Below, piece after piece: positions 10,605 through 20,373 of a DNA stretch of 64,000 nt. The notes beneath the pieces are model-generated. The model was not told where the DNA came from. It worked only from the letters and a program-made list of their open reading frames with translations, and ran no database searches. The stretch is taken from positions 3,296,001 to 3,360,000 of the forward strand of contig OZ246001.1 in the NCBI GenBank assembly GCA_965230295.1, read 5' to 3'. The DNA comes from Marinicella sp. GTDB taxonomy: Bacteria > Pseudomonadota > Gammaproteobacteria > Xanthomonadales > Marinicellaceae. The first letter of the stretch is position 1. Every line of letters begins with the position of its first letter. Position numbers and translations under genes: made by a program.

Positions 10605-11138
10605 GGAAAGCTGCTGAGCAGCTTGACCCGCCGAGCCGGTTAGGCAAATCATGCAATCATGGCGATTTTGCAAAGCAAAGAAGCCTTGATGTAATGATTG
10701 ATTAGCCGTGAGCTTTTGTTATAGCGGCCGCTATCACTCCTAGCTATCGCGGCAGACCTACATCCATGTAGTCACCTCTGATACCGGCATCCTGCCTCCT
10801 CAGAGGACTTACTTCCATGTAAGCCAATCAGAGGCGAAGAGAATAGCCAATGAACATGTGGCGATTTGACGAAGTCAAGAAGCCTTATGTGAATGGCGTT
10901 ATAGCACAGGCAATGAAAGTTGGGCGGTTTTATCGAAGATAAAGAAGCCCGATTTGAATGCCGCAGTGCGTGCGAGGTAGCAAGTCATGTTCGCCGTGGT
11001 CGTTTTCACTTTTGTCTGGAACAGACATGCAGTGCGAAGCAACTGCTCAGACAATAGTCTGTAAAGGTCGGTTTATTTGCGCAGCAAATATGAAGACCTG
11101 TCAGACCATGAACCAGAATGAAGACCCAAGAACATTCC
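10605..11138. repeat. Modular branched-hairpin non-coding repeat, copy 1 (MITE/REPIN-like; 534 bp)
   Basis: Near-identical to 38366-38784 apart from a 199-bp extra segment and VNTR count; ends GGAA...TTCC; many hairpins. Confidence 0.9.
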
Positions 11139-11266
11139 TTGTATCAATGGGTGTAGTCATATGACCACCAACTTCACAATATCGCAATCTGCTTATGGCT
11201 TATACTATGCGACTGCGTGTGCTGAAAAGCAAAAATAAAAACAATCAAATAGTGGGTGATATTTTT

Positions 11267-11893
11267 ATGAAAACTGCTTTAGAAATTTTTCGAATCCATC
11301 ATGAATCCATCAAAAGGCTGATCAGAGCCAATGATGTGTATGACCTCATTAAAATGTATGCTCAGAGGAAAGACGACATTCTTTTGGATTTGGCCATAAA
11401 TGTGGTCAACAGTGAAGGGATCAGTTCAATCACAGAATCAAAAGACATCTATGGGGCTGATGATGAAATCAGCGAAGTCGAAGAGGGTCAATACTTGGCC
11501 TATGCCTGTGAACAAAGCATCCAATCGACTTATACGGCATTTGAAAAATACTTGGTGAACAAATATTGGGAGTTATTCAGGACCAAAGGATTGGGGTCTT
11601 ACAGTTCTGATGCCAAGCGGTTTATGGGTCTTTCTTCAATTGCCGATATTTATCACAGTAAACTCAACATTGATTTAAAGGCCTTCAGCGATCAACAAAT
11701 TGAGCTGAATGAAGATGATTGGTTTTTTGCAGAAACACCCTGGCATGCCATTGAAATTCTGCAACAGGCAAAAAATGAAATTGCCCATGAAGGCCAGTCA
11801 AGCCGATATCAAATTACTCAGGTGGAGGATGCGTTTTTTGTTCATGTTTTCATAGGGCAGTGGGTCCATGCATTCGATGCTGCGCATACGTAA
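11267..11893 (+). CDS. Hypothetical protein, HEPN-like fold
   Basis: All-helical; TAFEKYL helix and late KNEIAH resembling the HEPN R-x4-H motif with R->K; probable start MKTALE at 11267. Confidence 0.55.
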   Translation: MKTALEIFRIHHESIKRLIRANDVYDLIKMYAQRKDDILLDLAINVVNSEGISSITESKDIYGADDEISEVEEGQYLAYACEQSIQSTYTAFEKYLVNKYWELFRTKGLGSYSSDAKRFMGLSSIADIYHSKLNIDLKAFSDQQIELNEDDWFFAETPWHAIEILQQAKNEIAHEGQSSRYQITQVEDAFFVHVFIGQWVHAFDAAHT

Positions 11894-12098
11894 AAAATAA
11901 GTGACTCAGGGTGTCATATTTGGCTTCTCAGGACGCCTTTATGATTAAATAAATATTTGTTTCAGTGATTCTGAGTTCAAAATAGCCACCTGAATTAAGT
12001 TTGCTGTTTAAAGTTCAGGTATTCCAACTATAATACCCACCTAATTCCGGGCCATGTGCTCAGAGCTTACCCCAACCTAAATATTGATGAGAGATTAT

Positions 12099-15000
12099 AT
12101 GCTTGATATCCGATCTTCTGCGCTTAATAAAATAAGTGCCTTGGCTTTACTTTTGTTGACCAATTGGGCCTATGCCGGTAACACCACATGTGATTCTATT
12201 GCCAGTGGCAACTGGAGCGATGCCAGTACCTGGTCTTGTAACACAGGTTCTGGTATTCCTGTGTCAGATACTAATGTGAACATTCTCAATACCCACACAG
12301 TTTTGTTGGATATCGATGCCAGTGTAACTCGGGTGATTGTGAACCCAGGTGGTGACTTGGATGTGGCCGCCAGTCCTGGTGGACTGGCTTTGTCATGGAT
12401 TTCTAATTCGAGTGACATCAGTGCGGCCAATATTGATTTATTTGGTGATTTCACGATCAATGCCTTAACAGGATCTCCCATTGATTTGATCTTGGGTGCA
12501 GTTGACGGTCCGTTTGATTTAAATCTCAATGCAGAAGGCAATACGCTTATTAATGGCCCATTAGGCGCTATTACACCTCTGAATGGTTTTGATACTGATC
12601 AAGATGGCACCATCACAATTGCTCATACAATCACCACAAATTTTAGCCAGTTTATTGATGATGATGCAGTGATTATTAGTGGTGATGTAACCTTATCAGG
12701 GCTTGGTATTAACATCAGAGGTACTGTAGATGCCGATGTGTTAGCCAGTGACCGAAATTTAGCCATTATTTCAACAGGTGGATCACAATTCATCAACACC
12801 GTTGGTGGGATCACACCTTTGAACTCATTGGTAGTTGATGCCAGTTTCATGACCCTAGAAGCTGATGTGAGTACCACTGAGACGCAAACATACATTGCTG
12901 CAACTCGAATCAGAAGTGCTGTCAACTTGACCGGAACCATTGTCAATTTCAATGGTGAGCTGAATTCAGAATCAGTCACTGCAAATGGATTTGATTTAAC
13001 GGTGACAGGGGATGCCAATTTCACTTCTGATTTGGGCACATTGACCCCAGCTGCATTTGGTGTGATCAACTTGAACAGCATCACAGTCTCAGGAAATGTA
13101 GATTTTAATGTATCTGGTGATGGTGCAGACATCATAACTGATGGCGATCAAGCTTTTAATAGCACGTTAACCGCTCAAACTGATATCAAGTTAAGCAGTC
13201 GAAACTCAGGAGACATTACTTTCAGGGATGACATCTTTGCAATAGGGCAGCATTTAACCATCAATACTGCTGGAACCACCATGTTTACCGACAATGTGTT
13301 TGGCGCTCCTGTCAATGTAGAAGCTGCCAGTATCACCACTGATGCAGCAGGAGTGACTCGAGTTACTTTCAATGCCGACTTCCAGCTGACCAGTGATGAC
13401 ACACCTACCACGTTCAATGATGAATTGCGATTGGGGCCAAGCACCCGTTTTACCCTCAATCAAAATGGTGCAGCCGATACGGTGTTTAATGACGATGTGA
13501 TCCAGATCAGTGGCGGTTCAAAACTGTTGACCGTGAATGATGTCAGTGGTCAAACCATCTTCAATGGATCGGTCAATCTGGGTGAACTGATCACCAATGA
13601 CGGTTCAGGTGATGACAGCACAGTCATCAATACGCCAACGATGACCATCAACCAAGCGGTCTCTAATTCAGGGATCATGACCTTCAATGATCCGGTTGAA
13701 TTGATGCAAGATGTCACCTTCACAGAAAACAACAGTGGCCAGATCATCTTCAACAACACCTTGGATGAGGCGGATGGTGCTGGCAGTGTTGATGTTGTCA
13801 TCAATTCAGACAACGAAGTGGTTTTAGGGCCCGTAGGTACTGTCAGAAGCATCAATTCCATCACCACAGACGCTGGCGGTTCAACCACTCTGAATGGTGA
13901 TGTGTTGGGTAACACGCCCTTTAACTTCAATGATGCTGTTACATTGGGACAAAACTCACGTGTTTCTGCTGAAGACGTGGCGTTTAATGGCGCAGTTAAC
14001 CTACAAACCTTTGATCTAACAGTCAGCGCCTTAGACGCCAGTATGGATGGTGTCATCAGTGGTTCAGGTAACCTGATCAGTCAGGTCTTTAGCGAATTGC
14101 GCTTGACCAATGAGAACACCTACACTGGAGAAACCAGAATCACTGAAGGCAATTTGAGCTTCATTGGTGCCATTTCGAACAATCACATCATCAACTCGAG
14201 TGCCATCATTCTTGAAAATGGCACAACATTGACACCTAATAATTTCACTTTCACCTACAATTTGCCCAATGGGCAAACCCTGTCTGGAGAAGGAACTGTT
14301 AATGACTTTTTCGTCGCTGACTCAGGTTCGATAGTCAGTCCTGGCAGCAGTCCTGGTATCCTGAATTTTGCCAGTTTGTCCATGGCTACTGGCAGCACCT
14401 ATCAAGTAGAAATTGAGGGCTTAACACCTGGCAGCGGTCATGATCAGTTGGTTGCCAATTCTGTGCAGTTGGATGCATTTCTTCCTGGTGGTGCCACTTT
14501 AGAATTGACCCTCAACAGCAACATCACTTTGAATGATGAATTGGTGGTGATTGATAATCTGGGGGTCTCTCCAGTCATTGGTACATTTAATGGATTGTCA
14601 GAAGGATCAATGGTAACGGCTTCCAATGGCACCACTTTCACCATCAGTTATGTGGGTGGTGATGGCAATGATGTGGTATTGACCGGAACTTGTTCCAGTG
14701 CCATCACAGTTACCAATGGAGCAGACAGCGGTGCAGGATCATTTAGAGAAGCAGTTTCGGACATTTGCCCAGGTGGCACCATTGATTTTTCTGGTAATAC
14801 CAGTGTCACATTGAACAGTGAAATTTTGATTGATAAAACCATCAATATTGATGGTACCGGATTCAATGTTGTGTTTTCAGGTAACAGCGCCAATCGCGTG
14901 TTCTATGTTGGAGCCACAGGTGAATTGAACCTGCAATCAGTATTTGTGGTCTTGGGATTCAGTGCCAATGAAGGTGGTGCCATTTTCAATGAAGGGGCCT

Positions 15001-17039
15001 TGTCTGTTATTGAAAGCACCTTTGAAGCCAACTCATCAGCCAGTAATGACTTGGCTGGGGGTGCTATATTTAATGCCAGTACAGGCTCATTGGACATAGA
15101 AAGCAGTACATTCCTCAGTAATACAGGCATTCGCGGAGGAGCGATCTTTAACAGTCAAAATGGCGCCGATGAAGGTGCTGTTGTGATCAGGAACAGTACA
15201 TTTGCCAGTAATGGTAACAATGCTTTGGAAGGCGGAGCCATCAATAACCGCGGTGTGATGATCTCAACCAACAACACCTTTGCCAACAATGGCGGAGCTG
15301 GAACAAACGGTGGTGGTGTGTTTACCTGGGATGGAGACACCACGTTGATCAACACCATAATCGCTGACAGTCCCAGTGGCTCCGATTGTTTCATTGCAAA
15401 CAACAGTGTTGAATCGAATTCGAATAGCTTGATTGAGGGTGGCAATTGTGACGCGGCCTTGACTGATGATCCACAGTTATTGGCATTGGATTTATATGGT
15501 GGCAACACCTTAACCATCGGGTTGAGCTTACAAAGTCCGGCTGTGGACGCTGGTAGTGATGCTTTATGCACCACTGAGGATCAACGCGGTTTGCCAAGAC
15601 CTCAATTGGAGTCATGTGATATTGGCGCCTATGAAACTGAATTTCTAGGCATCATTCATGTGAATCAAAATCCAACGCCAGCTCTTTCTGGTACCTGTTT
15701 ACCAGGTGCCTGTTGGTCCAACGCTTATACAAATTTGCAGGATGCCATAGCTGTGGCCGGTCCGACTTCGGAGATTTGGGTGGCCGAAGGCGTTTACCTG
15801 CCTGATGTTGGACAGAATCAAACAGATGATGACCAAAATTCAAGCTTCGTTTTACCAGAAAGTGTGTTGCTTTTTGGTGGCTTTGATGGCTCTGAAACCG
15901 TTCGAGAACAACGAGACTTTATCAATAACGTCACCATTTTATCCGGTGATATTGATGAAAATGATGTCAATTTGGATGGTAACAACACAGCCGAAACCGT
16001 GGCTGATATCATGGGCCAAAATGCATTCAATATTCTTGAAACAACAGGAGACTCAGTGGTGTTGGATGGCTTTACCATCACTGCAGGGTTTGCCAATGAT
16101 AAGCCAACGAACAGCCGACGTGGTGGTGGTATCAATTGTTCAGGAACGCAAAGTACCAATAACGTGTTTGCGAACAACTTGTGGATTGCTAACTGGGCCG
16201 ATAATAGAGGTGGTGCATCGTATTCATGTCATGGTACCTTCTTAACGTCTCAATTCGTGGCCAACCAATCGGGTGATAATGGAGGTGCAGTTTACGCCGG
16301 TTTTGCAGCCAACCTGGAACAAGTCAGTTTCATCGGCAATGCAGCATCAGGCCAAGCTGGGGCATTGTATGCAGGGATGCTGAATATTGATCGAGGGTAT
16401 TTTGCAGCCAACCAAGCAGGCACATCAGCTGGTGCAGTTTACTCATTCATTGAATCGACCATCACCAACACATTGTTCCGTGGTAATGCTGCAGTTTCTA
16501 ACGGAGGAGCTCTTGAACTTGGAGGTCAAAACGAGTTGGTCAATGTAACTTTAACCGGCAATGTAGCAGGTCAATCAGGTGCCGCCATTTACAGCCAAAA
16601 TGGTCCCATCAGGCAAGGTGGAGACGGCATAGATTTGTCCAATTCCATCATCTGGAATAACCAGGATAACTCTGGTACTGGAACCATTGGAGCGGGTATT
16701 ACCAGTGACATCATACCTTCAGTCACCAACAGCCTGTTCCAAGGCTCAGGTGGCAGCACCAACTGGAATGGGGCTGCAGGCACTGATGGTGGTAACAACA
16801 TCGATCTGGATCCTGAGTTTGTTTTGGATGTGATTCTCTTTGATGTGCCAACGGTATTTGGTAACGCACGCTTAACACCTGGGTCTGTAGCCATAGGTTC
16901 AGGGAATAATAACTTAGTGACCACACCATTCGATTTAGATGGCAATGGCCGCATCAATGGTGGCACCGTTGATATGGGTGCCTATGAATACAGTGACTTG
17001 ATCTTTAAAGATGGTTTTGATCAAAACAGCGGGAAATAA
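12099..17039 (+). CDS. Giant secreted beta-helix/adhesin-like protein with autotransporter-associated repeats, GGAI repeats, two choice-of-anchor-Q-like domains and IFKDGFD tail
   Basis: Signal peptide; ISGSGNL...NTYTGETRITEG; SPGSSPG; GGDGNDVVL; GGAI repeats; DQRG..CDIGAYE and DLDG..VDMGAYE; no beta-barrel. Confidence 0.85.
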   Translation: MLDIRSSALNKISALALLLLTNWAYAGNTTCDSIASGNWSDASTWSCNTGSGIPVSDTNVNILNTHTVLLDIDASVTRVIVNPGGDLDVAASPGGLALSWISNSSDISAANIDLFGDFTINALTGSPIDLILGAVDGPFDLNLNAEGNTLINGPLGAITPLNGFDTDQDGTITIAHTITTNFSQFIDDDAVIISGDVTLSGLGINIRGTVDADVLASDRNLAIISTGGSQFINTVGGITPLNSLVVDASFMTLEADVSTTETQTYIAATRIRSAVNLTGTIVNFNGELNSESVTANGFDLTVTGDANFTSDLGTLTPAAFGVINLNSITVSGNVDFNVSGDGADIITDGDQAFNSTLTAQTDIKLSSRNSGDITFRDDIFAIGQHLTINTAGTTMFTDNVFGAPVNVEAASITTDAAGVTRVTFNADFQLTSDDTPTTFNDELRLGPSTRFTLNQNGAADTVFNDDVIQISGGSKLLTVNDVSGQTIFNGSVNLGELITNDGSGDDSTVINTPTMTINQAVSNSGIMTFNDPVELMQDVTFTENNSGQIIFNNTLDEADGAGSVDVVINSDNEVVLGPVGTVRSINSITTDAGGSTTLNGDVLGNTPFNFNDAVTLGQNSRVSAEDVAFNGAVNLQTFDLTVSALDASMDGVISGSGNLISQVFSELRLTNENTYTGETRITEGNLSFIGAISNNHIINSSAIILENGTTLTPNNFTFTYNLPNGQTLSGEGTVNDFFVADSGSIVSPGSSPGILNFASLSMATGSTYQVEIEGLTPGSGHDQLVANSVQLDAFLPGGATLELTLNSNITLNDELVVIDNLGVSPVIGTFNGLSEGSMVTASNGTTFTISYVGGDGNDVVLTGTCSSAITVTNGADSGAGSFREAVSDICPGGTIDFSGNTSVTLNSEILIDKTINIDGTGFNVVFSGNSANRVFYVGATGELNLQSVFVVLGFSANEGGAIFNEGALSVIESTFEANSSASNDLAGGAIFNASTGSLDIESSTFLSNTGIRGGAIFNSQNGADEGAVVIRNSTFASNGNNALEGGAINNRGVMISTNNTFANNGGAGTNGGGVFTWDGDTTLINTIIADSPSGSDCFIANNSVESNSNSLIEGGNCDAALTDDPQLLALDLYGGNTLTIGLSLQSPAVDAGSDALCTTEDQRGLPRPQLESCDIGAYETEFLGIIHVNQNPTPALSGTCLPGACWSNAYTNLQDAIAVAGPTSEIWVAEGVYLPDVGQNQTDDDQNSSFVLPESVLLFGGFDGSETVREQRDFINNVTILSGDIDENDVNLDGNNTAETVADIMGQNAFNILETTGDSVVLDGFTITAGFANDKPTNSRRGGGINCSGTQSTNNVFANNLWIANWADNRGGASYSCHGTFLTSQFVANQSGDNGGAVYAGFAANLEQVSFIGNAASGQAGALYAGMLNIDRGYFAANQAGTSAGAVYSFIESTITNTLFRGNAAVSNGGALELGGQNELVNVTLTGNVAGQSGAAIYSQNGPIRQGGDGIDLSNSIIWNNQDNSGTGTIGAGITSDIIPSVTNSLFQGSGGSTNWNGAAGTDGGNNIDLDPEFVLDVILFDVPTVFGNARLTPGSVAIGSGNNNLVTTPFDLDGNGRINGGTVDMGAYEYSDLIFKDGFDQNSGK

Positions 17040-17063
17040 CCACTGCCATCTTTGATGATCTGA

Positions 17064-17087
17064 AAAAGGGCGGTTTTCCGCCCTTTT
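17064..17087. terminator. Bidirectional intrinsic terminator
   Basis: AAAAGGGCGG-TTTT-CCGCCCTTTT between convergent genes. Confidence 0.85.
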
Positions 17088-17116
17088 ATTATGGGTAGGT
17101 TAAAAGCTACAACGGT

Positions 17117-17989
17117 TTAGACGGCCTCATTTTTGTCTTGTGTTTTGCTTTCAAAATCACTGGCATCATGGCGTTCATGTAGCTGATCGCCGAGATCACC
17201 CCAGCTGCGATTGACCTTGCGGCCGCGTTGTACAGCGGGTCGGGCGTCAATGGCATGTGCCCAGCGTTGTATATGCTTGTAGTCGTCTACTTGAAGAAAT
17301 TCTGCAGCATCATACAGCCGACCCAATACCAAAGCCCCATACCAGGGCCAATTGGCGATGTCAGCAATGCTGTATTCACTGCCGGCCAAATACTCATTGT
17401 TTGCCAACTGCCGATTCAACACATCAAGTTGTCGTTTGACCTCCATGGTGAATCGATCAATGGGGTATTCCATGGGTTCGGGAGCATAGCTGTAAAAATG
17501 GCCAAAACCACCGCCCAAATAGGGTGCGCTGCCCATTTGCCAAAACAACCAATTCAGACACTCGGTGCGCTGTGCCGGATCATCTGGAATTAAGGTGCCA
17601 AACTTGTTGGCAAGGTGCAACAAGATCGAACCGGACTCAAATACACGGATCGTTTGTTCACCACTGCGGTCTAGCAGGGCAGGGATTTTAGAGTTGGGAT
17701 TGATTTCAACAAAACCACTGCCGAATTGATCACCTTCATTGATGTCTATCAAATAAGCATCGTATTCGGCACCCGTATGGCCAGCCTCGAGTAATTCTTC
17801 AAACATCACCGTCGCTTTGACGCCATTGGGGGTGGCCAATGAATACAGTTGAAACGGGTGACTACCTGTAGGCAGTGTTTGTTCTTGACGGGCTCCTGCA
17901 GTGGGCCGATTGATGTTGGCAAACTGCCCGCCGTTACCCGGATTCCATTGCCACACCTTGGGTGGTGAATAAGTTGTTGATTCTGTCAT
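17117..17989 (-). CDS. yghU: Glutathione-dependent disulfide-bond oxidoreductase (GST family)
   Basis: YSPPKVWQW, INRPTAGA, LYSLATPNGVK, NPNSKIPAL, WLFWQMGSAP; start at 17989 with AGGA RBS. Confidence 0.92.
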   Translation of the reverse strand: MTESTTYSPPKVWQWNPGNGGQFANINRPTAGARQEQTLPTGSHPFQLYSLATPNGVKATVMFEELLEAGHTGAEYDAYLIDINEGDQFGSGFVEINPNSKIPALLDRSGEQTIRVFESGSILLHLANKFGTLIPDDPAQRTECLNWLFWQMGSAPYLGGGFGHFYSYAPEPMEYPIDRFTMEVKRQLDVLNRQLANNEYLAGSEYSIADIANWPWYGALVLGRLYDAAEFLQVDDYKHIQRWAHAIDARPAVQRGRKVNRSWGDLGDQLHERHDASDFESKTQDKNEAV

Positions 17990-18165
17990 GTTTTGTTCCT
18001 GTTGTGGTATTGGGAAGATGAAAAAAGATGACCTGATCTTATGAAATATCATGCAAAAAAAACGTAAAAATGGTTGATACATTTTCAAATCAAATCATGA
18101 GTAAAGTTCAAATTGTCACCAATCAGGTTACAATGCGATGCATTCGGCTTTATTACTGAACAAAC

Positions 18166-20340
18166 ATGGAAATCAAAACCCGCTTTCTTGACAACCTCCG
18201 CGTTGAGGCCATCTTTGATGACTACTCTGTGGTCACCGATCAACCGATACGTTACAAGGGTGATGGATCAGCTCCAAGTCCATTTGACTACTTTCTGGCA
18301 TCATCGGCTTTGTGCGCCGCTTATTTTGTCAAGGTATATTGCAAGGCCCGTGGCATCCCCACGGAAAACATCCGATTGTCACAGAACAACATCGTTGACC
18401 CGGAAAATCGCTATAACCAAATATTTAAAATCCAGGCCGAATTACCGGAAGGCCTGTCTGAGAAGGACCAGCAAGGCATCTTGCGTTCTATTGATCGTTG
18501 TACGGTTAAAAAAGTCATCCAAACCGGGCCTGAATTTCAGGTTGAGGTGGTGGAAAACCTGGAGGAGGACGCGCAGGCGATGCTGATGGATGTGGCTGAT
18601 GATGACAACAGTACATTCATTTTAGGTAAAGACTTGCCCTTGGAACAAACCATTAAAAACATGACCGGTATCTTAGAACAATTGGGCATGAAAATTGAAA
18701 TTGCTTCATGGCGTAATATAGTGCCCAATGTGTGGTCATTGAACATCCGTGATGCCGCATCTCCTTTGTGTTTTACCAACGGAAAGGGCAGCACCAAAGA
18801 AAGTGCTTTGTGTTCGGCATTGGGAGAGTTCATCGAAAGATTGAATTGCAACTTTTTCTATAACGATCAATATTTTGGTGAAGAGATTGCCAACAGTGAA
18901 TTTGTCCATTACCCCAATGAGAAGTGGTTTAAGCCTGGACCCAATGATGAATTGCCCTCAGGAATTTTGGATGACCATTGTTTAAGTATTTACGACCCTG
19001 ATGGTGAACTCAGGGGGTCTCACCTGATAGACACCAATTCAGGCAACCGAGATCGGGGGATATGTTCCATTCCTTATGTTCGGCAATCGGATGGTGAGAC
19101 GGTTTATTTTCCATCAAATTTGATTGAAAATTTATTCCTCAGTAATGGCATGAGTGCCGGTAACAATTGGTTTGAAGCACAGGTACAGTGTTTGTCTGAG
19201 ATTTTCGAGCGGGCTGTCAAAAAGCAAATCATTGAACAGGAAATCGTGTTGCCTGATGTGCCGAAGTCAGTGCTGGATAAATACCCCAGTATTTTGGCCG
19301 GAATTGAAGCACTGGAAACACAAGGATTTCCCGTTGTGGTCAAAGATGCGTCATTGGGCGGCCAGTTTCCCGTGATGAGTGTGACCTTAATGAATCCAAG
19401 AACCGGTGGTGTGTTTGCATCATTCGGTGCTCACCCAAGCTTTGAGGTGGCGCTGGAGCGCAGTTTGACTGAATTGTTGCAAGGTCGCAGCTTTGAAGGA
19501 TTGAATGATGTACCCAAGCCCACCTTCAACACTCTGGCAGTGACTGAGCCCGAAAATTTTGTTGATCACTTTATTGATTCTACGGGCGTGATTTCATGGC
19601 GGTTCTTCAGCAATCAGGCAGAATATGCGTTTGTTGAATGGGATTTCACCGGTAGCAATGAAGAAGAAGCCGATGGTTTGTTCGAAATCTTGAAAGACTT
19701 GAATAAGGAAGTGTATGTGGCTGAATTCAATGTGTTGGGGACCTCAGCTTGCCGCATTTTGGTGCCTGATTATTCTGAAGTTTACCTGGTAGAAGATTTG
19801 ATTTGGGACAACACCAACAAGGCCTTGGATTATCGTGAGGACATCTTAACCATACATGCGCTCAATGACGATGCCCTGAGTGGTCTACTTGAACGCCTCG
19901 AGGAGAGTCAACTGGATAACTACATGGACATCAAAACCCTGATCGGCATTGAGTTTGATGAAAATACGGTGTGGGGACAGCTGACCATATTGGAGTTGAA
20001 AATCATGTTGTACATGGCGCTGGGTGAGCTTGAGGAAGCCATCGACCTGGTGGCTGAGTTTTTACAATACAATGACAACACCGTTGAGCGGAACTTGTAT
20101 TACCAAGCGGTTCATGCCGTGTTAGAAGTTGCTTTGGATGAAGTTATGCAAATATCTGATTTCAGGTACAATTTTGATCGAATGTTTGGATCTGATGTGA
20201 TGGAACGGGTGATCGGTGCCGTTGATGGGACGGTGCGGTTTGATGGCTTGACCCCTACCAACATGAAGTTGGATGGATTGGACAAACATTTGCGTTTGAT
20301 TGAGAGCTATCAGAAATTGCATCAAGCTCGCCAGTTATAG
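18166..20340 (+). CDS. OsmC domain / YcaO domain fusion protein
   Basis: N-terminal OsmC-like (TDQP..GDGSAPSP, two Cys); YcaO motifs NGKG, ALGEFIER, SNGMSAGN, LSEIFER. Confidence 0.9.
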   Translation: MEIKTRFLDNLRVEAIFDDYSVVTDQPIRYKGDGSAPSPFDYFLASSALCAAYFVKVYCKARGIPTENIRLSQNNIVDPENRYNQIFKIQAELPEGLSEKDQQGILRSIDRCTVKKVIQTGPEFQVEVVENLEEDAQAMLMDVADDDNSTFILGKDLPLEQTIKNMTGILEQLGMKIEIASWRNIVPNVWSLNIRDAASPLCFTNGKGSTKESALCSALGEFIERLNCNFFYNDQYFGEEIANSEFVHYPNEKWFKPGPNDELPSGILDDHCLSIYDPDGELRGSHLIDTNSGNRDRGICSIPYVRQSDGETVYFPSNLIENLFLSNGMSAGNNWFEAQVQCLSEIFERAVKKQIIEQEIVLPDVPKSVLDKYPSILAGIEALETQGFPVVVKDASLGGQFPVMSVTLMNPRTGGVFASFGAHPSFEVALERSLTELLQGRSFEGLNDVPKPTFNTLAVTEPENFVDHFIDSTGVISWRFFSNQAEYAFVEWDFTGSNEEEADGLFEILKDLNKEVYVAEFNVLGTSACRILVPDYSEVYLVEDLIWDNTNKALDYREDILTIHALNDDALSGLLERLEESQLDNYMDIKTLIGIEFDENTVWGQLTILELKIMLYMALGELEEAIDLVAEFLQYNDNTVERNLYYQAVHAVLEVALDEVMQISDFRYNFDRMFGSDVMERVIGAVDGTVRFDGLTPTNMKLDGLDKHLRLIESYQKLHQARQL

Positions 20341-20373
20341 GATGTTCACCTGATGGAACGTTTGAATTGAGTC

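Noticed and set aside
10605-11138. Element as an autonomous IS or integron attC site
   Set aside because: No transposase or integrase, terminal inverted repeats are only weakly matched (GGAA/TTCC), no clear target duplication and no RYYYAAC/GTTRRRY attC ends
10958-11164. 68-aa ORF and its near-duplicates at 38357-38542 and 38520-38711
   Set aside because: They lie within the hairpin repeat, have no RBS, and the frames are altered by the indels; judged non-coding
12170-16966. Many antisense ORFs over the giant gene, and similar shadows over other long genes
   Set aside because: Codon-bias shadows of the real genes with no motifs
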